A DNA stretch of 59,390 nucleotides, filler included, from Basidiobolus meristosporus CBS 931.73 (lineage: Eukaryota > Fungi > Basidiobolomycota), in assembly GCA_002104905.1 (NCBI GenBank). It is 4 parts of 4 records of this genome, joined end to end, with 100 filler letters (N's around TTAATTAATTAA, not from the genome) between each part and the next. Parts side by side here need not be neighbours in the genome. Positions count along the whole stretch, not along the records: positions 1 to 15,111 come from MCFE01001156.1; 3 more parts are not named here. One strand, written 5' to 3'. Position numbers and translations under genes: made by a program. Positions within the stretch are counted from its first letter, which is position 1, and every line of letters starts with the position of its first letter. Under the pieces are notes generated by a model. That model searched no databases. It had not been told where the DNA came from and saw only the letters and a program-made list of their open reading frames with translations. Positions 1 to 13,939 of the stretch are shown one piece after another.

Positions 1-1833
1 ACATGCAAATCTGGTAACAATCCCGTTCAAGTAGTTCGATTGGTCGGCTTGTAACCATACTTGGTCATCAGCCGGAGGCAGAAAAGTTATCGTAGATAGT
101 GGTCCCACGCAGCTAAGATTTAGTACTCACTTAATTACGTTAAATACCTTGCCGTTCTGAATATTTTGTGCATGGATATTTCGGTTCCGGTACCGACCTA
201 GATGATGTGAGCGTACGTCTCATTGGCTAAGTGAGTCGGAAAATACCTACCATATCACTACCTTGATTAACCAATTCTGTGGGCAGTAGTGCAATTTCCG
301 AAATTCCTATTTGAAAAACGTCTGATGAGTTATCGTATGGTTCCCAGTCTATGAAACATCTTCACTATAATTGATTGATGTCCCCACATCTACGTTATAT
401 GGTTGCCGTAACTATTGAGTTTCATTCGCTGTGAGCAACCTAACCACATTAGCTATCGTCATAATTTACGGAATATATGAGATCATTGCAGATAAATCCC
501 GGTCCTGCCTCCTAGTAAACTTAAGCAAAAACAAACGGCATGCCGAGATCTTCTCCAAATGTGAGAACCTGGAAACCGAAAGAGGAATAGAAGATGGAAA
601 GCTGAAGAAGGAATATCAATGTTATTTTCCGGAGCCACAAACCCGAGAAATAAAGACCACGTTAGCTGCAAGCAAAAAAAGCGCAGAATCACCTTACATG
701 AAAGTTCACGTTGTTTTTTACAAGTGTTCTGGAAAATACTGAATACCTTGCACTACTAGCTACACAATCAGTCCAGCTGGTTTCTGTTAGCTAAAGAAAC
801 CAAGAAAATGCTGGATGGACATGAGTTGTCGGGTATTTTGCTAGTATGATTTGGCAAACTTGATATTAAGACTGCGCAAATTTGCAACCATACTGAGCCG
901 AAATATTAGTGAAGCACAAGATACAGGTCGTGAACTCGGCAATTGTACGGAGGATAATGGGCACTTGACGTTTACACGTGGTTAGAAACGGCTTGATTAG
1001 CCATCAATGTTCTTTCACCATTAGGAGCTTAATTGCGATAGTACTCTGCTTTATTCTGAGTATCAAGTTCTTTCCAGTTATTACTCCATTCTGATTCTGA
1101 TCCTGATTGAAGTGAAGATCGAAATGTTTTCTACCAAGCTAATGGCCCATTTTTGTCCAATGTGGAACTGCTGCCAGAGTCGAGAATATTCTTAAACAGG
1201 ATTATCAACCTGGGTCAATTACTTACTCGTCAGGCATACTCCGATACTTCAGCTAACTCAGGATGTTATTCGATTACCAGGTCAACGAAAGAACAAGCTC
1301 TAAGATTTTTCCGGCTCTTGGTACTATTCATTTCTACCGCGTATCCAATCAAGTGGGGCAAAATCTGCAACTTACCAATGTTGTATAAAATGGTTCTATG
1401 ATCACAGGCTGATCCGAAGACTCGCATCTAAATCCTACGGCCTCAGTTCAGTGACAATGTTTATATCACTCGCCCAATACTTTAATTAATGCTAGTTACA
1501 TCATCGATATGCCTGAGCGAATTCGGATGATTTTAAGTGCCGAATATGGAAATTGGCCTCCAAACGAATACTATCGTGACCACAATTGGAAATAATGATT
1601 GATCGCCATTTTCAATTAGCATTTTCTGGAGCGGAAACTCGATCGTTCTGTGAGAGGAACTCTGGACTATATCTATCCTTTGAGTAACGTTAACTCGGAT
1701 ACGGATAAAATTAGCTCCTACTCGTATGCCGCTTGACTCAAGGTTATTGCAGTGTAGGGATATACTAGGCTTTCTACTTAATATTATTTTATTTCTACTG
1801 TGACATTTACAATGAGTGCGGGAAACACACTAT

Positions 1834-2419
1834 CTAATACACCCATGAGATGGCATTCTTGGGTGCCTTGTCAGGTACAGCATCATTGATACTGTCATGG
1901 AACTTCTTCAGCATTGTGCTCTTGATTCCGGTCTTCCTGACATCATCCGATACTGGAACAATGGTGTTGCCATTGTTCTTGATGCACACCTCCTCGCCAT
2001 AGCAGCCCCAGTTGCTGTAGTAGCAGTAGAGTCCGGCCTCCTCCGACTGTCCATAGGTGATGTAGACCTGCATATCGGTGGCTGTCTCGAAGTTGTAGCA
2101 CTGGTTGTAGTTGTAGTAGTTGTACGAGGCTTCGTACAGGCCACTGGAACTGGTGCTTCCTTCTTGCAAGCCAATCAAGTTAGCACTGGTAATGGAGTCG
2201 GAGACACCAACAGTGTAGGGGGTCTTGTTCAGGTATTCGGTAATCTGTTCGGGCACCGATTGTACAGTAACTTCGGATGGTGAGCAGGCACTGAGTCCGA
2301 TCTGGCTTTGTTGAGCTGGTGTAAGGACGATTGCAGCTGTCAACAGGAGCAGCGGTAGTAGCGCCCATGAAGGAAGTAGCGGCAGCCAGAGCAGCGAAGA
2401 GAGACTTTGAGAGTTGCAT
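1834..2419 (-). CDS. Small secreted Tyr/Cys-rich protein of unknown family (~180 aa); needs a 43-nt intron (2302-2344) or a 1-nt frameshift
   Basis: Signal peptide MQLSKSLFAALAAATSFMGATTA-AP from ATG 2419. The body (SVPEQITEYLNKTPY...YNYNQCYNF...GLYCYYSNWGC) is in another frame, is open to 1834 and is conserved in the paralog at 3752-4100. A GT...CTCAAC...CCAG stretch at 2344-2302 would join the frames. TATA-like element near 2463-2471. Confidence 0.65.
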
Positions 2420-3751
2420 TGTATTGACCTGTAGGTTGTGATGGCTGCTACTTACAAATGCCTGTATTTATACCTTCGTGTAGGGTTAAAATTGCATACA
2501 GCGTAGTGCTTACCAGGGCATACAAATCTGAAAGCAACTCAAGTAACTTCCATCTATAGATGAATGGCTATACTTGGAAATCAGTCGCACTACTTTGAAG
2601 TATTGATAACAATCACGTAATATTACGTAATATACTTGGTTGAATCTAACTTGTGAGCCATTCCATCAATGACGTGTTCTGAATTTAGTGTATCCTGGTA
2701 GTGTTTGTCACAAGCTTTATTGCCAACGATATTTTAGCCCTGCTTATACCAGTCCTAAATATTCCACCGTTGAGGCCAAGGTATGGATAACTCGAGCTGA
2801 GGCTAGCGTATTGGCTGTCTTAGTTAAGCATCTTTTGAAGTGCAGAAAATACCACCCACCTATCCTACAAACATGGCGTGTGAATTAACGAATGACAGGC
2901 AGCTCTGTAAGCTAAGCATTGAAGTGAGATATCTAACAAGCCATTAAATTAACCCATATTATGGGACCCAGGCACTGCTGAATTTCTACATCCAGTGCTT
3001 TTGACGCGTTAGATTATTTCGGAAATTTGCAAACCAACCTAGCGTATGGATATCTCAGATCCGGTACAGGCCTAGATTTCACGGGTTTCCCACCCATTGG
3101 TCAATTAAGTTCGTCGGAAAATACTTACTATATTTTTGACCTGATTATCCAGATTTGTGGATAGTATTTTGATTTCCCAGCAGCCAATTTGGAGGACGAG
3201 AGATGAGTTATCCTAAGGTACAGAACACCCTTACGATACTTGATTGGTGCCCCCTATGAATTCACTACACATAATATTCGGACAACTACGTGGTCATCCT
3301 TGGTTTATAGGACTAACACACGAGAGTAGAAAACCTCAAAATTGTATGATCCAATATTTCATCACATAGATCCAATTGTCACGGAATGCTCGCATACTCC
3401 AATTCAACCAAATTCAAGGCGCTTTTTATATATCATGGCTACCAATAATAGCAGTTCGCGAGTTGCTCTGACAATATCAAGACCCCTAACAGCCTCAGCA
3501 GTTATTCAGATTTCTATCAAGTAGTACCCCACTAAACATCTCTGCACTATTCTGAATGGTTAGATGCTCGTTTATAATTGCCTGAGTGCTCTGTATCATG
3601 GGAGGAAGAATCTAAACGCCATGCTCAATTAGCACTCACGCGAAATCCCGTTTTTCAGTAACAGGTGTTTGGAAAAGGTCCTTCCGTCCAACGTAAAAGT
3701 GGAATCCTACACTTATTCAATAATGCCCCCAATTATTGCTATAACGACCTC

Positions 3752-4100
3752 GACATTGGCTCTTGATTCTAGTCTTCCTGACATCATCTAATACTGGATC
3801 AATGGTATTGCCGCTGTTTTTGTTGCACACCACCTCACCATGGCAGCCCTAGCTGCTGTAGTAGCAGTAGAGTCCAGCCTCGCCTGACTGTCCATAGGTG
3901 ATGTAGACCTGTATAAATCTCGTAGGTTCAAAGTTGTAGCACTGGTTGTAGTTGTAGTGGTTGTACAAGGCCTTGTGCAGGCCGGTGAGGCTGGTGCTTC
4001 TTTCTTTCAAGCCAATCAAGTTGACATTAGTGATAAATCCAGTTACACTAAGAGTGTAGGGGGCCTTACTCAGGTATTTGGTTATGACTTCAGGCACAGT
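3752..4100 (-). pseudogene. Decayed, 5'-truncated duplicate of the 1834-2419 gene
   Basis: Aligns at ~1.84 kb offset (VPEVITKYLSKAPY...YNYNQCYNF...GLYCYYSS*GC). TGG>TAG stop and no signal exon. Downstream flank motifs are also duplicated (~180-270 vs ~3055-3145). Confidence 0.75.
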
Positions 4101-4963
4101 TTATATTTTAACATTGGTTGAGAAGCAAGAATTTTTGTAAATCTAACTTTTGATGAATAATAGTTACCATGTAAACACTATTAGCACTTACCAATCAAAT
4201 GAGACAAGCTAAGCTTGCAATGGCATCACACTTGCACCTATTTCTGCTCTTATTACATTCTTCATATATTGGTGCAGCTATTGGGTTCACTTGACATATT
4301 GCAGCTGCAATTTAGCAACAACTTTCAATATCAATCTACTTGAGAATATATCAACTACTATTATATGTATTGTTGTGTAATCCAGCAGTTCTTGTTGTAT
4401 CCAAGAGAAATGTATATAAAGCTCTTGAATGGTTTAACTGATCCAAAGGGACAATCAAGTGCAGGATCTTAGAACTGTCAGAGAGTGGAGGAAATATTTG
4501 CTGAGCAATTTTGGTTCAATATTGTTCTTATATACAGCTGGCTTTGGCTACAAGGGCAATGAGGTTGGTCTGCTGTGCAGACTAAACTTGGTGTTCTTGG
4601 GAGTGCTAGATATGCTAGGCTTGGGTAGAAACTAGAACAGAATTGGTAAATTCTTAATTTTGCTGAGACACATACCAAACCTTTTGGTTTGGTAAACTTT
4701 ATCAATACTTTTCTGATCAGGTTAAGCTAGTAAGCACCAAAAGACTGGATTAATTAATATCAATGTGGGTGTTGATAGGTGCATAAGTTAAATCAAGATT
4801 GCATAATCATTCAGCTGATTTCTTGGCAACTGCTATGTGGTCAGATAGATCTCAGATGACTTAATCACTTGGGAAGGCTTGGCAAATAAGTTGATAATGC
4901 AATGGCCATATAAAAATTGATCCAGTGTGACAGCTAAAAATAGATTCAGAGGTGGAATAAAAT

Positions 4964-5312
4964 TGTTGTAATAGTCTTGGAGATATTAGAAGTGATTGGG
5001 AGGACAAATAGGCTATGTGGTTTTCACTTAATAATTTATTGAATGTGAAAGTAATATTTATACTTTTACATGGTCTTGGCACAAGAGACATGCAGAATAG
5101 GCTAAGAAAGGTCCCAAGAGCATGTGCACAGAGCTTGGGGCTGTTTAGACAGCTTTGAGAATTTTCATGTTCCGGGTACCTGGTATTTTGGTGAAAATAT
5201 TACAAGTAAATCCCAACAAGGAATTTGGTCAGTATTCTCTAGGATCTGAAGGTAATGATCTAAGTGACTAAGTTAGATGAATATTTAGGTGGAAATACAA
5301 ACTTTTACAACA
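4964..5312 (-). mobile_element. Ty1/Copia 3' LTR (copy A), 349 bp
   Basis: TGTTGTAA...TTACAACA termini. Polypurine tract GAGTGGGAG directly after the RNase H stop. Homologous to 7627-7975. Confidence 0.92.
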
Positions 5313-7626
5313 CTCCCACTCAGCTAAATGTTCATACTGACTAGTCCTAATTTTGACCTAAGATATTCAAACCTGTCTCTAGCTAATGGTTTGGTAAATA
5401 TGTCTGCAATCATTTCATCTGTAGGACAGTAAACTAAGCTAACTAAGTTATTCACTATAGCTTCACATATGAAATGTTGTCTAATATCTATGTGCTTGGT
5501 TCTAGCATGAAAAGTTGGATTTCTACCTAATTGTATACATCCTTGATTATCTTGAAATAAAGTAATAGGTGTTTTTTGACATAGGCCTAAATCTGTAAAC
5601 TGCTTTCTTAACCACATTGCTTCTTTTGTAGCTTCACAGGCTGCCATATACTCTGCCTCTGTGGTAGAATAAGTTATGGTTGGTTGCTTTCTTGAGTTCC
5701 ATGAAATTGCTCCTTTACAGTAAAGAAAGGTGTATTCTATGATGGATCTTCTGTCTTCCAAATTTTGTCCCCAATCTGCATCAGAGTATCCCACAAGATC
5801 CTGTTCTAAGTCCTTATAAGTGTATCTTAAGCAGATATCAGCAGTTCTATTTTGGTATCTAAACACAGCTTAACTGCTGCAATATGATCAGATCCAGAGT
5901 TCTGATTATGTTGGCTGACAACTTCCACTGAATATGAGATATCTGGACGTGTTCCAAGCATGCTATACATTAGACTGCTGACCGTGGATTGATAAGGAAA
6001 GTCAGAGCTTTCAGATAACACTAAGCTCTCTTGATTTGGTTGAGTTTTGACTAAGTTAAGGTTTGTCTCCATTGGGGTAGCTGCTGGTTTACAGTCCTCC
6101 ATTTGGTACTTCTTTAATATATCTTGAATATACTTGGATTGGCCTAGGGTAATAGTCTGGGTACTTCTGTCTATGGAGAACTTAATCCCTGAGTAGTAAC
6201 TGAGTTCTCCTAGAATGGACATCTTGAACTCTTTAGATAGGCTGTATTCAGTCTCTTCCAATGCTGCTAGGTTATTGGTGGCTATAATAAGATCATCCAC
6301 ATATAGAGCTAATAGAACTGGATTTGCTCTATCTAGCTTATAGTATATACTATAGTTAGCATTACTACTTTCGGAACTCAAATATTCCAATTAAGAATCT
6401 ATCTTGCAATTCCAGGCTCTTGGTAATTGTTTGAGACCATGTAGTGACTTTTTAAGCTTGCAGACCAAATGGGGGTTATCTTGGTCAGCAAACCCATCTG
6501 GCTGGTCCATATACATGTCCTCATCAGCTTCTCTATTCAAAAAAGCAGTTTTTACATCCATTTGATGAATTAAAAACCTTTATTTGGCTGCAATAGCCTA
6601 TTAATCTGATGGAATTAAACTTGGCTACTGGTGCCAAGGTCTCAGTATAGTCAAGTCCTTTTGTCTGAGAGTATCCTTTGGCCACAAGTCTTGCTTTGTA
6701 TCTTTCAATTGTACCATCAGCCTTATATTTTGTTTTGAAGACCCAACTGTATACAATTGATCTTTGGTTGATTGGTAATTTGACCAAGTCTTAAGTTTGA
6801 TTTTCCATCAGGGCCTGATATTCCTCAGTCATTGCAGATCTCCAAAACTTTGTCTGAGGGCTATTTAGGGCCTTGTTTACAGTCTGGGGCTTAACAATAT
6901 GGACTGAAGAGGCATAGGCTAAGTTTGTACCCTCATTGAAATAGTAATTTGGGCTGTTTCTTGTCTGATTGGATCTCCAGGCATTTAATACTGGAGTGAT
7001 CACTTCCAGGATATTCCTGGGCATTGATTCTGGCTGAACCACAGTTGTAGAGCCCTCTGGAGTAAAAAAATTTTCATTGCTTTGCTCCAATTCAATCCTG
7101 GTGATTGGTGGACTTGAGATCAGATTTTTGTCATCATCTGATGTCATTTTTGGTGAAAATTTTGAACTTTCATCAAACAACACATCCCTGGACTTGATTA
7201 GCTTCTTTGCTTTGGTATTGTAGAGTCTGTATGCTTTACTCTCAGTGCAGTAACCCAAAAATATGCATTTTACACTTTTTGGTTCAAATTTTGACTGATT
7301 TCTGGGCAGTTTCTTGGCATATGCTGTACACCCAAATATTATTAGATGTCCTGCACTTGGTCTGTACCCATACCATGCTTCAAATGGAGCAGAATCCCAC
7401 AGTATTCTGCTATAACCCCTATTTTTAAGAAATACAGCAGTGGCAACTGATTCCGCCCAAAAATCATAGGATAACTTTTGATCATGGATCATAGATCTTG
7501 CCATATCAATTATTGATCTGTTAGCACATTGTGCTACTCCATTTTGCTGCGGGGAGTATGGTACAGTAGTCTCCTGCTTTATCCCATGAATTTTGCAGAA
7601 GTGGATGAAGAGTTTAAGGTATATTC
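5313..7626 (-). mobile_element. Ty1/Copia internal region copy A (integrase C-term, RT, RNase H), degenerate
   Basis: QQNGVA..NRSI, YKARLVAKGYSQ, LALYVDDL, GYSDADWG and TKHIDIR motifs in integrase-RT-RNase H order, broken into four ORF pieces by stops and frameshifts. Confidence 0.95.
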
Positions 7627-7975
7627 TGTTGTAAGAGTCTTGGAGATATTGGAAGTGATTGGGAGAACAAGTAGATAATGTGATTTTCACTTAATGATTT
7701 ATTGAATGTAAAAGTGGTATTTATACTTTTACCTGGTCTTGGCATTACAAACACGTAGAATAGGTTAAGAAAGGTCCCAAGAACATGTGTGCAAAGTTTG
7801 GGGCTGTTTGGACAACTTTGAGAATTTTCATGTTCTGGGTACCTGGTATTTTGGTGAAAATATTCTAAGTAAATCCTGACAAGGAATTTGGTCAGAATTC
7901 TCTAGGATTTGAAGGTGATGATCTAAGTGACTAAGTTAGGCGAATATTTAGGTGGAAATACAAATTTTTACAACA
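7627..7975 (-). mobile_element. Ty1/Copia 3' LTR (copy B), 349 bp, abutting the integrase of copy A
   Basis: TGTTGTAA...TTACAACA termini and a PPT. Its end joins copy A mid-integrase (GGTATATTC|TGTTG), where copy B continues GGTATATTCTCCACC. Confidence 0.92.
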
Positions 7976-10532
7976 CTCCCACTCAGCTAAATATTCATAC
8001 TGACTAGTCCTAATTTTGACCTAAGATATTCAAACTTGTCTCTAGCTAATGGTTTGGTAAATATGTCTGCAATCATTTCATCTGTAGAACAGTAAACTAA
8101 GCTAACTAAGTTACTCTCTATAGCTTCACATATGAAATGATGCCTAATATCTATGTGCTTGGTTCTAGCATGAAAAGTTGGATTTCTACCTAATTGTATA
8201 CATCCTTGATTATCTTGAAATAAAGTAATAGGCGTTTTTTGACATAGGCCTAAATCTGTAAAGAGCTTTCTTAACCACATTGCTTCTTTTGTAGCTTCAC
8301 AGGCTGCCATATACTCTGCCTCTGTAGTAGAAAGTGCTACGGTTGGTTGCTTTCTTGAATTCCATGAAATGGCTCCTTTACAGTAAAGAAAGGTGTATCC
8401 TGTGGTGGATCTTCTGTCTTCTAAATTTTGTCCCCAATCAGCATCAGAGTATCCCACAAGATCCTGTTCTGAATCCTTATAAGTGTATCTTAAACAGATA
8501 TCAGCAGTTCCTTTTAGGTATCTAAAAATCCGCTTAACTGCTGCAATATGATCAGATCCATAATTCTGATTATGTTGGCTGACAACTCCCACTGAATATG
8601 AGATATCTGGACGTGTTCGAAGAATGATATACATCAGACTGCCGATCATAGATTGATAAGGAAAGTCAGGGCTTTCAGATGGCACCAAGCTCTCTTGATT
8701 TGGTTGAGTTTTGACCAAGTTAAGGTTTGTCTCCATTGGGGTAGCTGCCAGTTTACAGTCTTCCATTTTGTACTTCTTTAGTATATCTTGAATATACTTG
8801 GATTGGCTTAGGGTAATAGTCTGGGTACTTCTGTCTATGGAGAACTTAATCCCTAAGTAGTAACTAAGTTCTCCTAGATCGGACATCTTGAACTCCGTAG
8901 ATAGGCTGGATTTAGTCTCTTCCAATGTTTCTAGGTTATTGGCGGCTATAATAAGATCATCCACATATAGAGCTAATAGAACTGGATTTGCTCTATCTGG
9001 CTTATAGTATATACTATAGTCAGCATTACTCCTTTTGAAACTCAAAGATTCCAAATAAGAATCTATCTTGCAATTCCAGGCTCTTGGTGATTGTTTGAGA
9101 CCATATAGTGACTTTTTAAGCTTGCAGACCAAATGGGGGTTATCTTGGTCAACAAACCCATCAGGCTGGTCCATATACACGTCCTCATCAAGTTCTCCAT
9201 TCAAAAATGCAGTTTTTACATCCATTTGATGAATAAAAAACTTATATTTGGCTGCAATAGCCAATATTAATCTGATGGAATTAAACTTGGCTACCGGTGC
9301 AAAGGTCTCAGTATATTCAAGTCCTTTTGTTTGAGAGTATCCTTTGGCTACAAGTCTTGCTTTGTATCTTTCAATTGTACCATCAGCCTTGTATTTTGTC
9401 TTGAAGACCCATCTGCATCCAATTGATTTTTGGTTGATTGGTAATTTGACTAAGTCCCAAGTTTGATTTTCCATCAGGGCCTGATATTCCTCAGTCATTG
9501 CAGATCTCCAAAACTTTGTCTGAGGGCTATTTAGGGCCTCTTTTACAGTCTGGGGCTCATCAATATGGACTGAATAGGCATAGGCTAAGTTTGTACCCTC
9601 ATTAATATAGTAATTTGGGCTATTTCTTGTCCGATTTGATCTCCAGGCATTTGATACTGGAATGATCACTTCTGGGATATTCCTGGGCACTGATTCTGGC
9701 TGAACCATGGTTGTAGAGTCCTCTGGAGTGAAAAAATTTTCATTGTTTTGCTCAGATTCAATCCTGACAATTGGTGGACTTGAGATCAAATTTTCGTCAT
9801 CATCTGATGTCATTTTTTGTGAAAATTTTGAATTTTCATCAAACAACACATCCCTGGACTTGATAAGCTTCTTTGCTTTGGTATTGTAGAGTCTGTATGC
9901 CTTACTCTCATTGCAGTAGCCCAAAAATATGCATTTTACACTTTTTGGCTCAAATTTTGACTGATTTCCGGCCAGTTTTTTGGCATATGCTGTACACCCA
10001 AATATTCTTAGATGTTCTGCACTTGGTCTGTATCCATACCATGCTTCAAATGGAGTAGAATCACAAAGTATTCTGTTATAACTCCTATTTTTAAGGTATA
10101 CAGCAGTGGCAACTGATTCCGCCCAAAAATCATAGGATAATTTTAGATCATGGATCATAGATCTTGCCATATCAATTATTGATCTGTTAGCTTGTTCTGC
10201 TACTCCATTTTGCTGTGGGGAGTATGGTACAGTAGTCTCTTGCTTTATCCCATGAATTTTGCAGAAGTGGATGAAGAGTTTTGAGGTATATTCTCCACCA
10301 TTGTCAAAGCGTATTTTCTTGATTTTTCACCAGTTTCTCTCTCTGCCATGGCTTTAAACTCCCTGAACTTAGACAGAGCTTCTTCCTTTCTCTCCATGAA
10401 GTAGACCCATGTGTATCTTGTATAATCATCAATAAAAGTGATTAAATACTTCATCCCGCCTAAGGATAAATTTTGCATAGGTCCACACAGATCTGAGTGA
10501 ATTAGATCTAATTTTTTCTTAGTTTTGACTGC
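7976..10532 (-). mobile_element. Ty1/Copia pol copy B (integrase core, RT, RNase H); 5' part missing
   Basis: 727-aa open frame 7987-10170 with YVDD and RNase H motifs. LIHSDLCGP and FIDDYTRYTW integrase motifs upstream, separated by a 1-nt deletion near 10323. Confidence 0.96.
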
Positions 10533-13500
10533 CTGTTGATAGAGATATTGGATGGAACATGACTGATGCAAACTCAGGATCTAGTCCACTCTACGGTGTA
10601 GTGCACAAGTTCCCTATTGAGGTACAAGGAATCAAGGTGTGGCTTCCCCTCTTCATCTGCCAGAAGGCAAACTTTGACCTTCTGCTAGGTAGACCATGGG
10701 AAACCAGTACTAAGGCTACAACTACCAACTATTCGGATGGGTCAGTATGGTACACCATACAAGGATCCAATCCAGGACTACAGTCAACCTTCTGTGGTGT
10801 AACACCCAACAATAAGAGGACACATACTGCTTGCCAGAAGGCACATCTTGTTATGGAAGAAGATGAAGAGCCTGACAATATACACCCCAACATTTGGAGC
10901 TGCTCATTAGGTATACAGGAGCAAACAGCTATGGTTCAAACAAAATACAAGACAGTAGAACAGAAGATTAGACCATCACTTACCCCACTGACTGATGGAT
11001 CTCGACCTGCTGATTACATTAGACCACCAGAAGAAACATCAGATGATATATGACTTACACCTGAGAGACTTAAGCAACTTATCATTGGTGATGGAAACCT
11101 AACACCAGAGGAGATACTATTGTTCAAGGAGACCTTGAAAAGGCATGATAAGGTCTTCTCATATAATGACAAGGAGATGGGACTCTTAAAGACATCGGTT
11201 GAAAAACCTATCCAGATTCATACAGTGCCCCACACACCCTGGTCATTTAAGCCTTACCCACTGCCCAGAGGACTCCAAGCTGATGTGCATGACCTACTTA
11301 AGAAGAAGATAGAAGCTGGTATCCTAGAACCTTGCCATGGACCCTATGCTAACAGATGGTTTGTGACCAAAAAGAAGAATGGAAAGCTCCGATTCATTCA
11401 AGACATGCAACCTGCAAATGCTGTCACTATCAGAGATGCTGCTATACCTCCATCTATTGATGAATTTGCAGAAAGCTTTAGTGGCCACTCCATCTACTCA
11501 ACATATGATCTCTACTCAGGATATGACCAGATTCCCCTTGATGAGACATCAAGAGATATGTTTGCACTACAGACACCATTTGGACTGTTAAGGATGACAA
11601 GACTCAGTCAAGGGGCTACAAACTCCGTGGCTCAGTTCCAGAGATGCATGGTAAATGTGCTGTATCAGTTTATACCTGAGAAACTTGCTGTCTTTGTTGA
11701 TGACATAGGCATCAAAGGACCAAAAACCCGGGACACCACTGAAGTCATGCCTGGAGTCAGAAAGTTTGTCTATGATCATATTTCAGACAATGATGCCATA
11801 TTAGGAGCCATTGAAGAAGCTGGACTCACCATCAGTGGTGAGAAAAGCAGCTTTGGTGTATCAGAGATATCCATTGTTGGACAAAAATGCAATACCTTTG
11901 GTCGCTCACCTGGAGATTCCAAGACACAAAAGATATGCAACTGGCCTACCCCCACAAATCTAACACAAGCTTGTGGCTTTGTGGCAGCTTGTGGGTTCTT
12001 TAGGATCTGGATCCCAAGATTTTCTGAGATAGCAGAACCAATCTACCGACTACAGAGAAAGAATACCCCATTTATCTGGGGAGAAGAGCAAGAAGAAGCC
12101 ATGCAATTACTGAAAGAGGCCTTAGTATCTCCACCAGTTCTAAGACCTCTTGACTATCAAAACACAAAATGCCCACCTATTTTGACAGTGGATGCAAGCC
12201 CTATAGGAGCTGGAGCACTACTTGGACAAGATGATGAAGATGGCAACCGCTATGCCTGCAGATATGAGAGCTGCCTATTCTCTCCTAGAGAGCAAAGATA
12301 CTCACAGATTAAGAGAGAACTACTAGGAGTTGTGAAGATGCTGAGGAAACTGAAGTCACAACTCTACATGACACATTTTATCCTGGAGACAGATGCCAAG
12401 CCACTTATAGGAATGATCAACAAGCCTGACCTACCTGATGATGCCACAAACCGATGGATGGCATGGCTGAAAATGTTTGACTTTGAGGTCAAACATATCC
12501 CTGGCAAGACAAATGTTGTGGCTGATGCACTCTCCAGGAAGGGACCACAATTATTTGAAGACTTGGACCCTCACTTTGATGATATTATTGATGCAGAGAT
12601 CCGACAGATTGCCATCAAAGACCAAGAGAGAACTACCTGGAGTCTGATCAAGGAATATCTAAGGACACTTAAGAAACCTAGTTGGATGGATATTCAGGAG
12701 TTTAGAAAACTCAGGAAGAAGGCACACCACTACTATCTTAAAGATGATCTTCTCTTTAAGCGAGTGAAACCTGGACTTATGCCAAGAAGAGTAGTCACTA
12801 CCCCTCAAGAGCAACTGAACATCATGACAAGTATCCACCAAGGAGAACCAGGAGGACATAGAGGACAAGAAGCCACATACAATACTACAGCTCAGAGGTA
12901 CTACTGGGAAAACATGTACTATGATATCCAACACTTTGTTGAGTCATGTGTAGCCTGCTAGAAGAGATCCTCCAAGCATTATGAAGAACCACTGCATCCT
13001 ACTTACACAATCTGTCTATGGCAAAAGGTTGGCATTGACCTTGTCCACATGCCAACAGCTGGATCAAAAAAGTACCTGATTGTTGCTAGAGATGACCTTA
13101 GTGGATGGGCAGAGGCTCAAGCCTTGCCCAACAACAAGAGCCATACCATATGGAGATTTATACTTGAAGACATCATCTGCAGATTTGGCTGCATCCGGCA
13201 GTTTGTTGCTGACAGAGGAGAGATGACATCCCAAATGATCCAGGAGTTGTGCTCAAAGTACAAGATACATATTGCTTTTACAACAGCTTACCACTCTCAA
13301 GCCAATGGAATGATAGAGAGAGGACATGGACCATTGGTGAACTCTCTTGTCAAGACTTGTGAGAATAACACAACACTGTGGCCACAGCAATTACATCTAG
13401 CACTCTGGGCAGATAGAATTACTACCAAGAGAACAACTGGATTATTGCCATTCAAGCTACTCTATGGACATGACTGCATACTACCAGTTGAGTTAAACAC

Positions 13501-13900
13501 AGTCACTTGGAACTCATTGAATTGGAGATCCAACATGCAGACTGAAGACCTCCTTGCAACTTGCATACAGCAACTTGATCACCATGATGTGAATATTAGC
13601 AGAGCTGCTGAACAACTTAAGGACACACGACTAAAGAACAAGGTGCCCTTTGACAAATCACACCCAACAAGGCCAAAACCACTATCACTAGGAGACCCAG
13701 TATTACTCTATGATTCTACCTTGGACAAGCAATGGAGTCGGAGGTTTGACAACAAATGGACTGGCCCCTACCTCATTTCCAAAGTGATTGGAAATGGAAG
13801 TTATTACATATCTGAGCTTGACAACACCCAGTTGAGAGCACCAGTTGCTGGAAATTGACTTAAGTTATTCAAGCATAGGAATTTTGCACATCAAGATTAG
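10533..13900 (+). mobile_element. Ty3/Gypsy pol (protease C-term, RT, RNase H, integrase), one frame with three point stops; gag and 5' LTR missing
   Basis: DLLLGRPW (protease), KKKNGKLRFIQD, YDLYSGYDQ, FVDD (RT), TVDASPIGAGA (RNase H), GGHRGQEAT...CVAC and GIDLVHMP (integrase). ORFs 10559, 11120 and 13049 share a frame; stops at 11051, 12959 and 13856. Confidence 0.96.
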
Positions 13901-13939
13901 TTTGCTTTGACCCAAGTTCAAAGCTGAGAGGGGGGTGGA

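Noticed and set aside
431-742. 103-aa ORF and other short ORFs in 1-1800
   Set aside because: Non-ATG start, no recognisable motif and no coding-type bias.
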